Assembly (NCBI GenBank): GCA_963848295.1
Contig: CAWKDB010000010.1
Coordinates: 3,136,001 to 3,200,000, forward strand
Source of the DNA: an uncultured delta proteobacterium
Lineage (GTDB): Bacteria > Myxococcota_A > Polyangia > Haliangiales > Haliangiaceae
DNA: 64,000 nt
Direction of reading: 5' to 3'
Shown here: positions 39,866 to 49,306 of the stretch, piece by piece
Layout: each line of letters begins with the position of its first letter
Numbering within the stretch: the stretch's first letter is position 1
Translations under genes and position numbers: made by a program
The notes under the pieces: generated by a model
What the model saw: only the letters and a program-made list of their open reading frames with translations
Database searches by the model: none
Told to the model about the DNA's origin: nothing

Positions 39866-40182
39866 CATCGCCACGATGCCTTCAAGTAGATCGATGCCGC
39901 GCGCGTAGGTCGTCTCGCCGACCAACTTCAGGACTCGCATCGTGTCCAAAGCCGCTGCGGCCTCCATCGCGGAGCCGCGCGCGTGCGTGTAGAAGCGAGC
40001 CTGATCGAGGTTCGTGCGACGACCCGCACCCTCGGCGATGTTACGAGGTTGCGACTGCCGGCGCGGACCAGCTGATCGGCAAGCTCGGCATGACCCTTCG
40101 GAAGCTCGCCGATGATCTCCAGTGCCAGCGCGAGGAACTCGATCGACCGTTGATCGACGCGAAGCTTCTGGAAGCTGAGCAT
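39866..40182 (-). pseudogene. Four-helix-bundle (23S rRNA IVP-like) gene, frameshifted (~40058) and missing its 3' end
   Basis: MLSFQKLRV...DQLVRA / QSQPRNIAEGAGR...ARGSAMEAAAALD...LLEGIVAM. Confidence 0.85.
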
Positions 40183-40235
40183 GACCGGGCTATCGGCCAC
40201 ACAACTCTGGAGTTGCGCCGTCAACGACAACGTCT

Positions 40236-40265
40236 ATCGTGGCGATGCTCACCAAGATGACCTGA
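40236..40265 (+). pseudogene. Displaced 3' end of the four-helix-bundle gene
   Basis: ATCGTGGCGATGCTCACCAAGATGACCTGA = IVAMLTKMT*. Confidence 0.75.
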
Positions 40266-40917
40266 TCGGGTCGACCGCTTGCCCGCGTGCGCAGTACGCA
40301 ACATCATAGATGAGACCGGCCGGGAACTCGTCGAGACTGGTCACCACGAAGCGCGGATTCTCGCCGCGGTGGCTGTGCTCGACCTTGCAGATCACGTGGC
40401 GCTCGGCCGGCCAGGACTTCGAGGCGTACGACAGCCAGGTGAAGCGGCGAACAAACCGTTTGCCGTCGAGGAATTCCTCTTCGACCGAGGACCGCAGCGG
40501 CTTGGCAAACTCGAGCAGTCGCGAATTCTTCGCGACGCCGATCACGTATTCGACGTCACCGAGTTCGGCGTCGAGCTGCTCGAGCTGGTCGAGGAGCTTG
40601 GGCATCGCGAACGCAGAGTCGCCGCGCACCAGGATGCTTGCGTGGGGGCATCGTCGGCGAATCGCTCGAATCAACCGCGTGAGGATCGTGATCGCACCTT
40701 TGGCAGCGTGCGCACGCCCAGGCCGAAGGAGAGTGGTGATCAGCTGTCCGCTCAGAGCGTCGAACACGAGCAGCGGGTGAAGCATATGTTGGTCATAGAA
40801 GCCGTGGAAGCACATGAGCTCCTGATTGCCGTGGGTCTGGTCGTCGGTGGAATCGATGTCGAGCACGATCAGGTCGGTCGTCGACGCGAGCTCGTCGCCA
40901 AATTCGTTTGTCTTCAC
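40249..40917 (-). mobile_element. IS1380-family transposase internal fragment
   Basis: LDIDSTDD.THG.QE...FHGFY...HPL...LRPG...VRGDS...NPRFVVTSL...YCARG; both termini missing. Confidence 0.9.
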
Positions 40918-41019
40918 AAACAGCGAAACCTGCGTACCGGCACCGAAATTCCGGCGATGCGCTCCTCACGGCGCGCTCCCTTCGCGAATGATCCGGGCTA
41001 GAGCCGTAGATTCCTTGGC

Positions 41020-42483
41020 GTGAGGGCCGCAACCGTCGTCGCTCTGGTCGCCCTGGTCGCGTGGGCGTTTTGGCGGCGGTGGACGATGCTCGACGCTTCG
41101 CCTTATCCGTTCGGGGTCGATGGTTATTATTATCCGATCCAGCTCCGGGCTCTGCTCGAGCACGGGTCGCTGCAGTATCCGGCGGCGCCGCTCGTGTTCT
41201 GGTTGCTCGCACCGTTCGCGGCGGTGACCGATCCGATCGTCGGTGCGAAGCTCGGCGCGGCGGTCGGTGGCGCGCTGGTCGCGTTGCCGGCGTATGGCAT
41301 CGGCTCGCGGCTCGGCAAGCATCGCGTGGCGGGACTGTTCGCGGCGGCGGTCGCGGCGGTGAGCGCGAGCTCGGAGTACATGACGACCGAGTTCATCAAG
41401 AACAGCGTCGGGCTGACGATCGGCCTGTGCGCGGTGTGGCTCGCGTTGCGGGCGTGCGAGCGACCGACGCGCGGGCGGATCGCGGCGGCGATCGCGGGGC
41501 TCGTCGCCGCCGGACTCGCTCACAAGATGGCGCTCGCGCTCGCGCTCGCCGCAGCGGTGCCGGCCGCGCTCGCCGAAGCGCACGCGCGCGGGGTGCTCGG
41601 TCGCGCCCGGCTCGCGGTCGCGATCGGGGTCGCGGTGCTCGGCTGCGCGTTCGCGGCGGCCGCGACCGGCGCGTTCGATCAGGTCGGCGCGCTGTGGTCG
41701 GCGACGCCCGTGTGGGACGCACCGGCGCTCGCGGGCCACCTCGTGTTCGATCACGAGGCGTTGATCGGCGGGTGTGTCGGGCTCGTGGTCGTCGCGTTGC
41801 TCGTGCCGCGAATCCGCCGCATGCTCGGCATCGCACTCCCGATGTCGGCGGGCGAGCGCGCCGTCGCGATCGTCGCCGCCGCCGCCGCGATCGCGATCGC
41901 TTGCCCGTGGCTCGCGGTCGACGACGCGCAGGGCCCGGGGTTTCGCCTCCGACTGATCGCGTTCGTGCCGCTCGCGCTGTGTGCGGGGATCGCGGTCGGT
42001 GCCGTGATCCCGAAGCTCGGGCGCGACGGCTGGCAGATCGCGGCGGCGTGCGCGCTCGGCCTCGTGATCCTCGCGCCCCGCGCGCGCGGCGAGGGCGTGA
42101 TCGGTACGGCGCCCGAGCTCGTCGCCGGTTGCACCGCGCTCGCCGGCCACATCCCCGAAGGTGCGACCGTCGTGGTCGCCGAGCGTCACGTCGAGTACAT
42201 GGCCGCGTGGTACGCGCGCGCGACCGTCACGCTGCACCCCGAGACCGTGGGCGCGGCGCATCGCGTCCGGTTGCTGCTCCCGAAGTCGCCGGCGACCGGG
42301 GGCCCGGCGCTCGTCCGCGCGCTGGAGCTCGCCCGCTCGACCCCGGGCGTCGGTCCGATCCTCGAGCTCCATCCGACCATCCCTGATGGGCTCGTGCTCG
42401 TCAGCGAGCCGACCTGGCGCTGGCTGCTCGCTCACATGCCGGCCGATGCGAGCGCGCGCTTCGCGGCGTGGCACACGATCTAA
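41020..42483 (+). CDS. Multi-pass membrane protein (GT-C glycosyltransferase-like)
   Basis: Many TM helices; early loop GVDGYYY. Confidence 0.7.
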   Translation: MRAATVVALVALVAWAFWRRWTMLDASPYPFGVDGYYYPIQLRALLEHGSLQYPAAPLVFWLLAPFAAVTDPIVGAKLGAAVGGALVALPAYGIGSRLGKHRVAGLFAAAVAAVSASSEYMTTEFIKNSVGLTIGLCAVWLALRACERPTRGRIAAAIAGLVAAGLAHKMALALALAAAVPAALAEAHARGVLGRARLAVAIGVAVLGCAFAAAATGAFDQVGALWSATPVWDAPALAGHLVFDHEALIGGCVGLVVVALLVPRIRRMLGIALPMSAGERAVAIVAAAAAIAIACPWLAVDDAQGPGFRLRLIAFVPLALCAGIAVGAVIPKLGRDGWQIAAACALGLVILAPRARGEGVIGTAPELVAGCTALAGHIPEGATVVVAERHVEYMAAWYARATVTLHPETVGAAHRVRLLLPKSPATGGPALVRALELARSTPGVGPILELHPTIPDGLVLVSEPTWRWLLAHMPADASARFAAWHTI

Positions 42484-42541
42484 CATCGAGATCGAGGCTG
42501 GACCATCCGGAAAACCGTGGTCGAATTGGCTCGGGCCAACC

Positions 42542-43927
42542 ATGCACGAGGAGCTCGAAACCGATTATCTGGTCGTCGGGGCCGGCGCCGCGGGGATGGC
42601 GTTCAGCGACGCGCTCCTCACGCACTCCGATGCGACCGTCAGCATCGTGGACCGCCGCCACGCACCGGGTGGCCATTGGATCGACGCGTATCCGTTCGTG
42701 CGGCTTCACCAGCCGTCCGCGTTCTATGGCGTCGATTCGGTGCCGCTCGGGGAGGGCTCCATCGACGCGACCGGGACGAACGCGAGCTTCTACGAGCTCG
42801 CCGGCGGGGACGAGCTTCGCGCCTACTACGAGCGGGTCATGCACCGTCACTTCCTGCCGACCGGACGGGTCCGGTATTTCCCGTGCTGCGATTACATGGG
42901 TGAGCATCGGTTCGTCTCGCGGCTCACCGGCGACTCCAAGCACGTGCGGGTACGCCGAAAGCTGGTCGACACGACGTACATCGAGGGCGCGATCCCGGCC
43001 ACGAGCCCCGCGCCATTCGCGATCGCCGACGGCGTTCGCTGCGTGACCCCGGGCGAGCTCCCCCGCCTCGAGCACGCCGCCGGGCGGTTCGTGATCATCG
43101 GCGGCGGTAAGACCGCGCTCGATGCGTGTATCTGGCTCCTCGAGCGAGGTGTCCCCGCCTCGTCGATTCGCTGCGTCCGGCCGCGCGAGGCGTGGTGGAT
43201 GAACCGCAAGTTCCAGCAGCCGGACACCCTGCTTCCCGACCTGTTGCAGGGCACCGCGATCCAGCTCGAGGCCATGGCTCGAGCCGGCTCGGTCGAGGAG
43301 CTGTTCGCACAACTCGAAGCGGAAGGCGTGTTTCTCCGGATCGATCCAACGATCGAGCCGACGATGCTTCACGGAGCGATCCTGAGCGAAGCCGAGGTTC
43401 ATCTCCTGCGCCAGATCGAAGGTGTCGTTCGCATGGGTCACGTACGCCGGATCGAGCGCGACCAGATCGTCCTCGACCAAGGCCGCGTGCCGACCGACGA
43501 GCAGACCGTTCACGTTCACTGCGCGGCGCGCGGGCTATCGCGCCCGGCGCGCCGTCCGATCTTCGAGCCCGATCGCGTGACGATCCAACCGTTCTTCTGG
43601 GGCTTCGTCTGCTATCAGTTCGCGATGCTCGGGGTGATCGAGGCCACGATCGAAGGCCTCGACCAGAAAAATGCGCTGTGCTCGCCGATCGCGTACTGGG
43701 ACGAGCGCGGCGATTACCTGACCGCGTTCCTCGCGATGATGGGCGCGACGACCGCGATCGCGGCGCACCCGGCCCTCGCGCGGTGGAACAAGACGAGCCG
43801 CCTGAACCCGATCGGCGGGTTGTCCGCTCACCGAGACGATCCGCGCGTCATCGCGACCCGAGAGCGGGTCAAGCGCTTCGGCTTTCCGGCGGCGATGAAC
43901 CTACGAAAGCTCGCCGCGAAGTCCTAG
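42542..43927 (+). CDS. FAD/NAD(P)-dependent oxidoreductase
   Basis: VVGAGAAG; GGHWIDAYPFVRLHQPS; IIGGGKT. Confidence 0.9.
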   Translation: MHEELETDYLVVGAGAAGMAFSDALLTHSDATVSIVDRRHAPGGHWIDAYPFVRLHQPSAFYGVDSVPLGEGSIDATGTNASFYELAGGDELRAYYERVMHRHFLPTGRVRYFPCCDYMGEHRFVSRLTGDSKHVRVRRKLVDTTYIEGAIPATSPAPFAIADGVRCVTPGELPRLEHAAGRFVIIGGGKTALDACIWLLERGVPASSIRCVRPREAWWMNRKFQQPDTLLPDLLQGTAIQLEAMARAGSVEELFAQLEAEGVFLRIDPTIEPTMLHGAILSEAEVHLLRQIEGVVRMGHVRRIERDQIVLDQGRVPTDEQTVHVHCAARGLSRPARRPIFEPDRVTIQPFFWGFVCYQFAMLGVIEATIEGLDQKNALCSPIAYWDERGDYLTAFLAMMGATTAIAAHPALARWNKTSRLNPIGGLSAHRDDPRVIATRERVKRFGFPAAMNLRKLAAKS

Positions 43928-43952
43928 CGCCGCCGGGTCGCGCGCCTCGCGG

Positions 43953-45524
43953 CTAATCGACCGGCGAGAGCGCCGTGGCTTTCGGCAGCGGCGACGGCTC
44001 CTCGGTCGCGAGCATGCGGCGAATCGCCGGGGCGACCGCGAACAGCGCACCACCGACGACGAGCGACGCGATGATCATCGTCCAGAACAGGGTCTCGTGG
44101 CCCCACTTCGCCGAGAACCCCGCCGCCTGCCCGGCCAGGAAGTTGCCGATCGCGGTCGCGAGGAACCACGTGCCCATCACCATCCCCGCGAGCCGCTTCG
44201 GGGCCAGCCGCGACATCGAGGACAAGCCGACCGGCGAGATGCACAGCTCGGAGCACGTGAAGAAGAAGTACACGGCGATCAAGTAGCCGCCGGACACCCG
44301 CTGGTGTTGGCTCTCGGCCGCCAACGTCGGGAGCAGCACGGCGAACGCGACCGCGATCAGCGCGAGGCCGATGCCGAACTTGTTGACGCTCGACGGTTCG
44401 CGCCCGCGACGCCCGAGCGCCATCCATAGCCACGCGGCCGCGCCCGCCATGAGGATGATGAACACCGAGTTGACCGACTGGTAATAGCTGGCGTCGAAGG
44501 TCACCCCGAACAACGTCGGAGACGTGTTGCGCTCGGCGAACAGGTTGAGCGTCGAGCTCGCCTGCTCGAAGATCCCGAAGAAGATGATCCCGCCGACGAA
44601 CAACGGGATCATCGCGATCACGCGTTTGCGCTCGCCCGAGTCGCGCGCGTTGAAGTACAGCCCGAAGAACAGCCCGAGCGTGATCACGAGCAGCAGGATC
44701 GGGAACCCGATGCTGACGATGGTCTCGATGTGGTCGTAGAACACGCCGCACAGCACGACGATCGCGACGAGGGCGAGGATGATCGCGGTCAGGATGCCGC
44801 GATCGCGGGCCGCCACCTTCGGGTCGCTCGGCACGGTCGGATGCAGTCCGGCCTCGCCCATCCGGGCCTGACCGGCGACGTATTGCACGAGCCCCGCGAT
44901 CATGCCGACGGCGACCGCAGCGAACGCGAAGTTCCACGAGTAGGTCGGCGAGATGCCGTGGTCCGAGAGGAAGTCGCGGAAGGTCTGGCTACGGGCGAGG
45001 AACCCGCACACGAACGGAGCTCCGAACGCACCGATGTTGATGCCCATGTAATAGATCGTGAAACCCGCTTCGCGCCGCGGATCCTCGGGTGTGTAGAGCT
45101 GACCGACGATCGTCGACACGTTCGGTTTCAAAAATCCCGTACCCAACGCCATCACGGCGAGGCCCGGGTAGAACCAACCGGCGAAGGGCAGCGCGAGCAT
45201 GATGTTCGCGATCACGATCGCGATGCCTCCGTAGGTCACCGACTTACGCTGGCCGAGGAACCGATCGGCGATCCAGCCGCCGGGCAGCGACAGCAGATAG
45301 ACCGACGACAAGTACAGGCCGATCACGAGCCCCGCGTTCGCATCCGGCATGCCGCGCGCCCCGAGGGCGACACTGTCGGTCATGTAGAAGATGAGGAACG
45401 CTCTCATCCCGTAGTACGAGAACCGTTCCCACATCTCGGTGAAGAACAGCGTCGACAGCCCGGCCGGGTGGCCGAAGAACGCGCGGTCCTTGTCGGCGGG
45501 GCCTCCAGAAGGCGATACAGCCAT
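43953..45524 (-). CDS. POT family proton-dependent oligopeptide transporter
   Basis: EMWERFSYYGM, GTGFLKPN, YYMGINIG, ELCISPVG. Confidence 0.97.
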   Translation of the reverse strand: MAVSPSGGPADKDRAFFGHPAGLSTLFFTEMWERFSYYGMRAFLIFYMTDSVALGARGMPDANAGLVIGLYLSSVYLLSLPGGWIADRFLGQRKSVTYGGIAIVIANIMLALPFAGWFYPGLAVMALGTGFLKPNVSTIVGQLYTPEDPRREAGFTIYYMGINIGAFGAPFVCGFLARSQTFRDFLSDHGISPTYSWNFAFAAVAVGMIAGLVQYVAGQARMGEAGLHPTVPSDPKVAARDRGILTAIILALVAIVVLCGVFYDHIETIVSIGFPILLLVITLGLFFGLYFNARDSGERKRVIAMIPLFVGGIIFFGIFEQASSTLNLFAERNTSPTLFGVTFDASYYQSVNSVFIILMAGAAAWLWMALGRRGREPSSVNKFGIGLALIAVAFAVLLPTLAAESQHQRVSGGYLIAVYFFFTCSELCISPVGLSSMSRLAPKRLAGMVMGTWFLATAIGNFLAGQAAGFSAKWGHETLFWTMIIASLVVGGALFAVAPAIRRMLATEEPSPLPKATALSPVD

Positions 45525-45644
45525 GGCGGGCCACACTAGCTCAAACCGGCTGACGATGTGAGGCCCTCGCGCGTGTCGCAGACCGTCGCAGCCGCGACCT
45601 CAACTGGTGCTTGCAAACCGTCGAGGAATGGGAAAGATCCCGCC

Positions 45645-48455
45645 ATGTCGAAGTTCGTTCGCGCCGCAGCTGCGCTCGGTTTGTTCGCATGGGCCTCGTG
45701 TCTGGGTGCCGAGGAACCCAAGGTCACCTTCAGCAACGGTGGCGAGCACCGCGGCGTGATCGAGGCGAACGGACTGCGGTTCGTGATCATGCCCGATCAG
45801 TCGACCCAGCTCGCCGAGGTCGACGTTCGCTACGACGTCGGCGCGCGCGAGGATCCGCAGGGCAAGGCGGGCCTCGCCCACCTCGTCGAGCACTTGATGT
45901 TCCAGCCCCGCCCGGATGGTCCGGACACCGCACCGATGTTCCAGACGATCATCGCGCTCGCGACCGACTTCAACGCGTACACGAACTGGGACACGACGCA
46001 TTATCGGATGACGTCGCAGGCCGAGAACCTCGACGCGATGCTCAAGATCGAGGCCGAACGCATGTTCTACGCCGCGGACATCCCGGCCGCCGGTGACGTC
46101 GCAGCATTCGGCTGCTCGACCGTGCCAACTGCCGAGTTCGAGCGCGAGCGCGAAGTCGTGCGCAACGAGATCCGCGCCGGCTCGAGCGCCGACAACTACG
46201 TCGTGCAGCTGGTCGAGGCCGCGATGTATCCGCACGGGCACGCGTACGAACGCTTGGTCGGCGGCAACGACCAGCAGATCGCGAGCGCGTCGCTCAAAGA
46301 CGCTTGCGAGTTCATGCACAAGTACTACGCGCCGTCGCGCGCGACCGTCATCATCGCGGGCCACGTCGACTACGACGCCACGGTCAAGGCGGTCCAGAAA
46401 TGGTTCGGCCGCATCCCGAAGCGCGAGCCGGCGCCACGCATGGAGGTCAAGCCGTTCGTCGCACCGCACGGTCGGGTCGAGATCGAAGCGGACGTCGAGC
46501 GCCCGTCGGTGTGGATCGGGTGGGCGCTGCCGTCGGCGACCACGCCCGAGGGCGAAGCCGCGCAGTTCGGCATCGGTGGCGCGTTCGCTCGCGTCGCGGA
46601 GAAGGCGCAAGAATACAACTTCGCTTACAACGTCGAGCCGGCCGTACTCGGCGGTCAGCTCGCGCCGCTGTTCTTGATCCGGATCGAGCTCAAGGGCATG
46701 GACAAGCTCGACGAGGCGCTCGACTTCGCGCAGAAGGCGGCGAAGCAGGCGTATCGCGGCTATGACGGAGGCTCGTACGATCAGCTCAAGGAAGAGAAGA
46801 GCCGCGAGCAGGCGAGGTTCATCGAGGGGCTCGAACGGCTCTCCGATCGCACCGAGACGGTCGCCGACCTGATCCAGTTCAGGCCGCGGTTCGATTACAA
46901 CTCCGACAAGCAATACACGTTCGCCGAGCTCGACAAGATCAAGGCGTTCGACATCGCGACGGTCGGGTCGGCGGTGAAGAACGCGCTCGACTGGGACAAA
47001 GCGTCGATCGTGATCGTCAAGCCGAACGCGAACGGCATCAAGGGTGACACCCGGTCGAAGGTGAAGTACGCGGCGAAGTCCGACGCGGCGATGACCGATC
47101 CCCAGGTCGACCCGGCCGAGGCGCACCGCCCGGTCAAGATCTCGGCGAAGGACGACATCCTCGAGAAGGCGCAGCGGTTCACGATGGGCAACGGCATGAA
47201 CGTCGTGCTGCTCCAGGAAGACGCGATGCCGCTCGCCGCCGCGTATCTGATGTTCAACAATGTGGGCGAAGCGAGCACGCCGACGAACCCCGCGCTCGCG
47301 GCGGGCGCGTCGCAGTTCCTCCACCTGCCGAGCGACGCCGAGGCGTTTGCCGCGACCGGTATCAACGTCCGGTGCGGCTCCGACGATGACATGACGCTGT
47401 GCCGCACCCACGGCCTGAACATCTATCTCGACATCATGCTGAAGGGGCTCGAGCGCAAGATCACGGCCGGCGAGTACGAGCAAGACGCGATCGAGAAGTG
47501 GCAGAAGAGCGTCAAGGAGGACTGGAAGCTCAAGACCACCCAAGAGGAGAACGAGTACATCCGGCAGGCGATGACCGCGCTGTACGGGCCCGACCATCCG
47601 TACACGCGCACCGCGATCCTCACGCCCGATGCGGCGAACAAGATCCATCGCGATTCGCTCGATGCGTTCCGCAAGGAGCACTTCACCGCCGGCAACGCGA
47701 CGCTCGTGATCGTCGGCAAGTTCGATCCGAAGTACGCCGAGAAGCTCGCACGCGACACGTTCGGCGGCTGGAGCAAGGGTACGGTCGACAAGCCGGTCGA
47801 CCCCAAGCCGTACAAGCGTACCGGGCCGGCCTACATCGGCGTGATCGAAGCGAAGGTGAACCAGCAAGTCACCGCGGTGATCGCGTACCCGGCGCCGGCG
47901 GGCGTCGACGGCCAGGAAGGGGCGCGCCGCGTGCTCGCCGAGATGCTCGACATCCGGTCGCAGAATGTCCGGTTCAAGCTCGGCTCGACCTACGGCCTGT
48001 ACATGTCGCGCCAAGCGAAGAAGGGCCCGACCGCGTACATGATGCGCGGCGGCGCGGTGCTCGGCGGCACGATGGATGCCGAGCGCGCGGGAGAATCGAT
48101 CAAGGCGTTGCGCGATGGCTTCGACGAGCTGCGCAAGGGCGACCACTTCGACGAGGACTTCGTACGCGCGCGCCGCACGATCCTCAGCCGCTTGCTCGCG
48201 GAGTCGACCGTGACCTCGGAGCTCGCGGGGCGGCTGGTCGCGATCGCGGAGTTCAACGCGCCGCCGAACTACTACCAGACGATGCTCCAGCAGGTCGCCG
48301 CGGTGTCGACCGCGCAGATCAAGATGCTGATCGAGCAAGAGCTCGACCCGAAGAACGAGGTCATCGTGTTGAAGGGCGACAAGGCTCACCTCGACAAGGC
48401 GTTCGCCGGCGCGGGCATCACCGACGTCAAGCTCGTCGAGCCCGAGTACAAATAG
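45645..48455 (+). CDS. M16 zinc peptidase lipoprotein
   Basis: GLAHLVEHLMF, NAYT, EREVVRNE. Confidence 0.93.
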   Translation: MSKFVRAAAALGLFAWASCLGAEEPKVTFSNGGEHRGVIEANGLRFVIMPDQSTQLAEVDVRYDVGAREDPQGKAGLAHLVEHLMFQPRPDGPDTAPMFQTIIALATDFNAYTNWDTTHYRMTSQAENLDAMLKIEAERMFYAADIPAAGDVAAFGCSTVPTAEFEREREVVRNEIRAGSSADNYVVQLVEAAMYPHGHAYERLVGGNDQQIASASLKDACEFMHKYYAPSRATVIIAGHVDYDATVKAVQKWFGRIPKREPAPRMEVKPFVAPHGRVEIEADVERPSVWIGWALPSATTPEGEAAQFGIGGAFARVAEKAQEYNFAYNVEPAVLGGQLAPLFLIRIELKGMDKLDEALDFAQKAAKQAYRGYDGGSYDQLKEEKSREQARFIEGLERLSDRTETVADLIQFRPRFDYNSDKQYTFAELDKIKAFDIATVGSAVKNALDWDKASIVIVKPNANGIKGDTRSKVKYAAKSDAAMTDPQVDPAEAHRPVKISAKDDILEKAQRFTMGNGMNVVLLQEDAMPLAAAYLMFNNVGEASTPTNPALAAGASQFLHLPSDAEAFAATGINVRCGSDDDMTLCRTHGLNIYLDIMLKGLERKITAGEYEQDAIEKWQKSVKEDWKLKTTQEENEYIRQAMTALYGPDHPYTRTAILTPDAANKIHRDSLDAFRKEHFTAGNATLVIVGKFDPKYAEKLARDTFGGWSKGTVDKPVDPKPYKRTGPAYIGVIEAKVNQQVTAVIAYPAPAGVDGQEGARRVLAEMLDIRSQNVRFKLGSTYGLYMSRQAKKGPTAYMMRGGAVLGGTMDAERAGESIKALRDGFDELRKGDHFDEDFVRARRTILSRLLAESTVTSELAGRLVAIAEFNAPPNYYQTMLQQVAAVSTAQIKMLIEQELDPKNEVIVLKGDKAHLDKAFAGAGITDVKLVEPEYK

Positions 48456-48457
48456 CC

Positions 48458-49249
48458 CTACGGGCACGCGACAAAGATCGAGCCGACCTCGGCCGGGGAC
48501 AGCATGCGGCCGTAGAGCCTGACGTCCTCGATCGCGCCGGTCCATTGGTTCGCCGAGACCTCGGCGGCGCCGATCCGGCTGTTCTGGGCTTGCGTGCCGT
48601 AGCCGTCCGCCATCTCGGTGTCCTGCGCGACGCCGTCGAGATAGATCGCGAAGCTCGACACCGCGGTCGCGTCGACGCCGTCGAAGGTCGCAGCGACGTG
48701 GTGCCACGTTCCGGTCGATGGCAGCTGATTCGTCCGGATCGGGACGAAGTCCTCGGCCGAGCCCACGGACACGCCGAGATACGCGGTCTCGCTCGAGAAC
48801 AGCACGTGCCATGGCGTGGCACCGTCGCTGCGGATCATCATGATGTCCGGGGTGTCGGCGGAATAATTCAGGAGGTTCACCCACGCGCTGAACGAGAACG
48901 CCGCGGTCGTGGTCGCGAACACGGAGGTCCCCGAGATATCGACCTGATCGTCGATGCCATCGAATTGGATCGCGTGGTCGGTGCCCCTGCGACCCGCGAC
49001 CCACGTCGGCCCGTTGACGAGCGTGCCGCTGGCACCACCCGTCGAATCGTGGACGACGAGGCCGCTGCCTTCATCGAACATCCAGCGGGCCGATAGCCCG
49101 ACGAGCTGGTCGGCGCCTTGGCACCCGGGTGAGTCGATGACAGCGCCGGCGCCGGCCTCCAACGGCTGGCTGTCAGCTCGTGACGCGAAATCCAAGCGAC
49201 CACACGCGCAAGCGAGCACGGACGCTACGAGAGCTGCGCGATACGACAC
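48458..49249 (-). CDS. LamG-like jellyroll lipoprotein
   Basis: ACGRLDF lipobox; WMFDEGSG, FDGIDD, WHHVAATFDG, IYLDG. Confidence 0.88.
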   Translation of the reverse strand: MSYRAALVASVLACACGRLDFASRADSQPLEAGAGAVIDSPGCQGADQLVGLSARWMFDEGSGLVVHDSTGGASGTLVNGPTWVAGRRGTDHAIQFDGIDDQVDISGTSVFATTTAAFSFSAWVNLLNYSADTPDIMMIRSDGATPWHVLFSSETAYLGVSVGSAEDFVPIRTNQLPSTGTWHHVAATFDGVDATAVSSFAIYLDGVAQDTEMADGYGTQAQNSRIGAAEVSANQWTGAIEDVRLYGRMLSPAEVGSIFVACP

Positions 49250-49306
49250 CAGCTCCCATTCCAGTCCGCATCACAGCTCGCCGATCGATCCGAATCGGCT
49301 CGGCGG

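Noticed and set aside
39866..40182. Diversity-generating retroelement Avd gene
   Set aside because: Similar fold class, but no reverse transcriptase or TR/VR pair was seen in the window.
45600..49004. Very long antisense or alternative-frame ORFs (also 33183-35900, 49418-52096, 9090-11213)
   Set aside because: Arg/Ala-rich shadows of real genes, expected in high-GC DNA.
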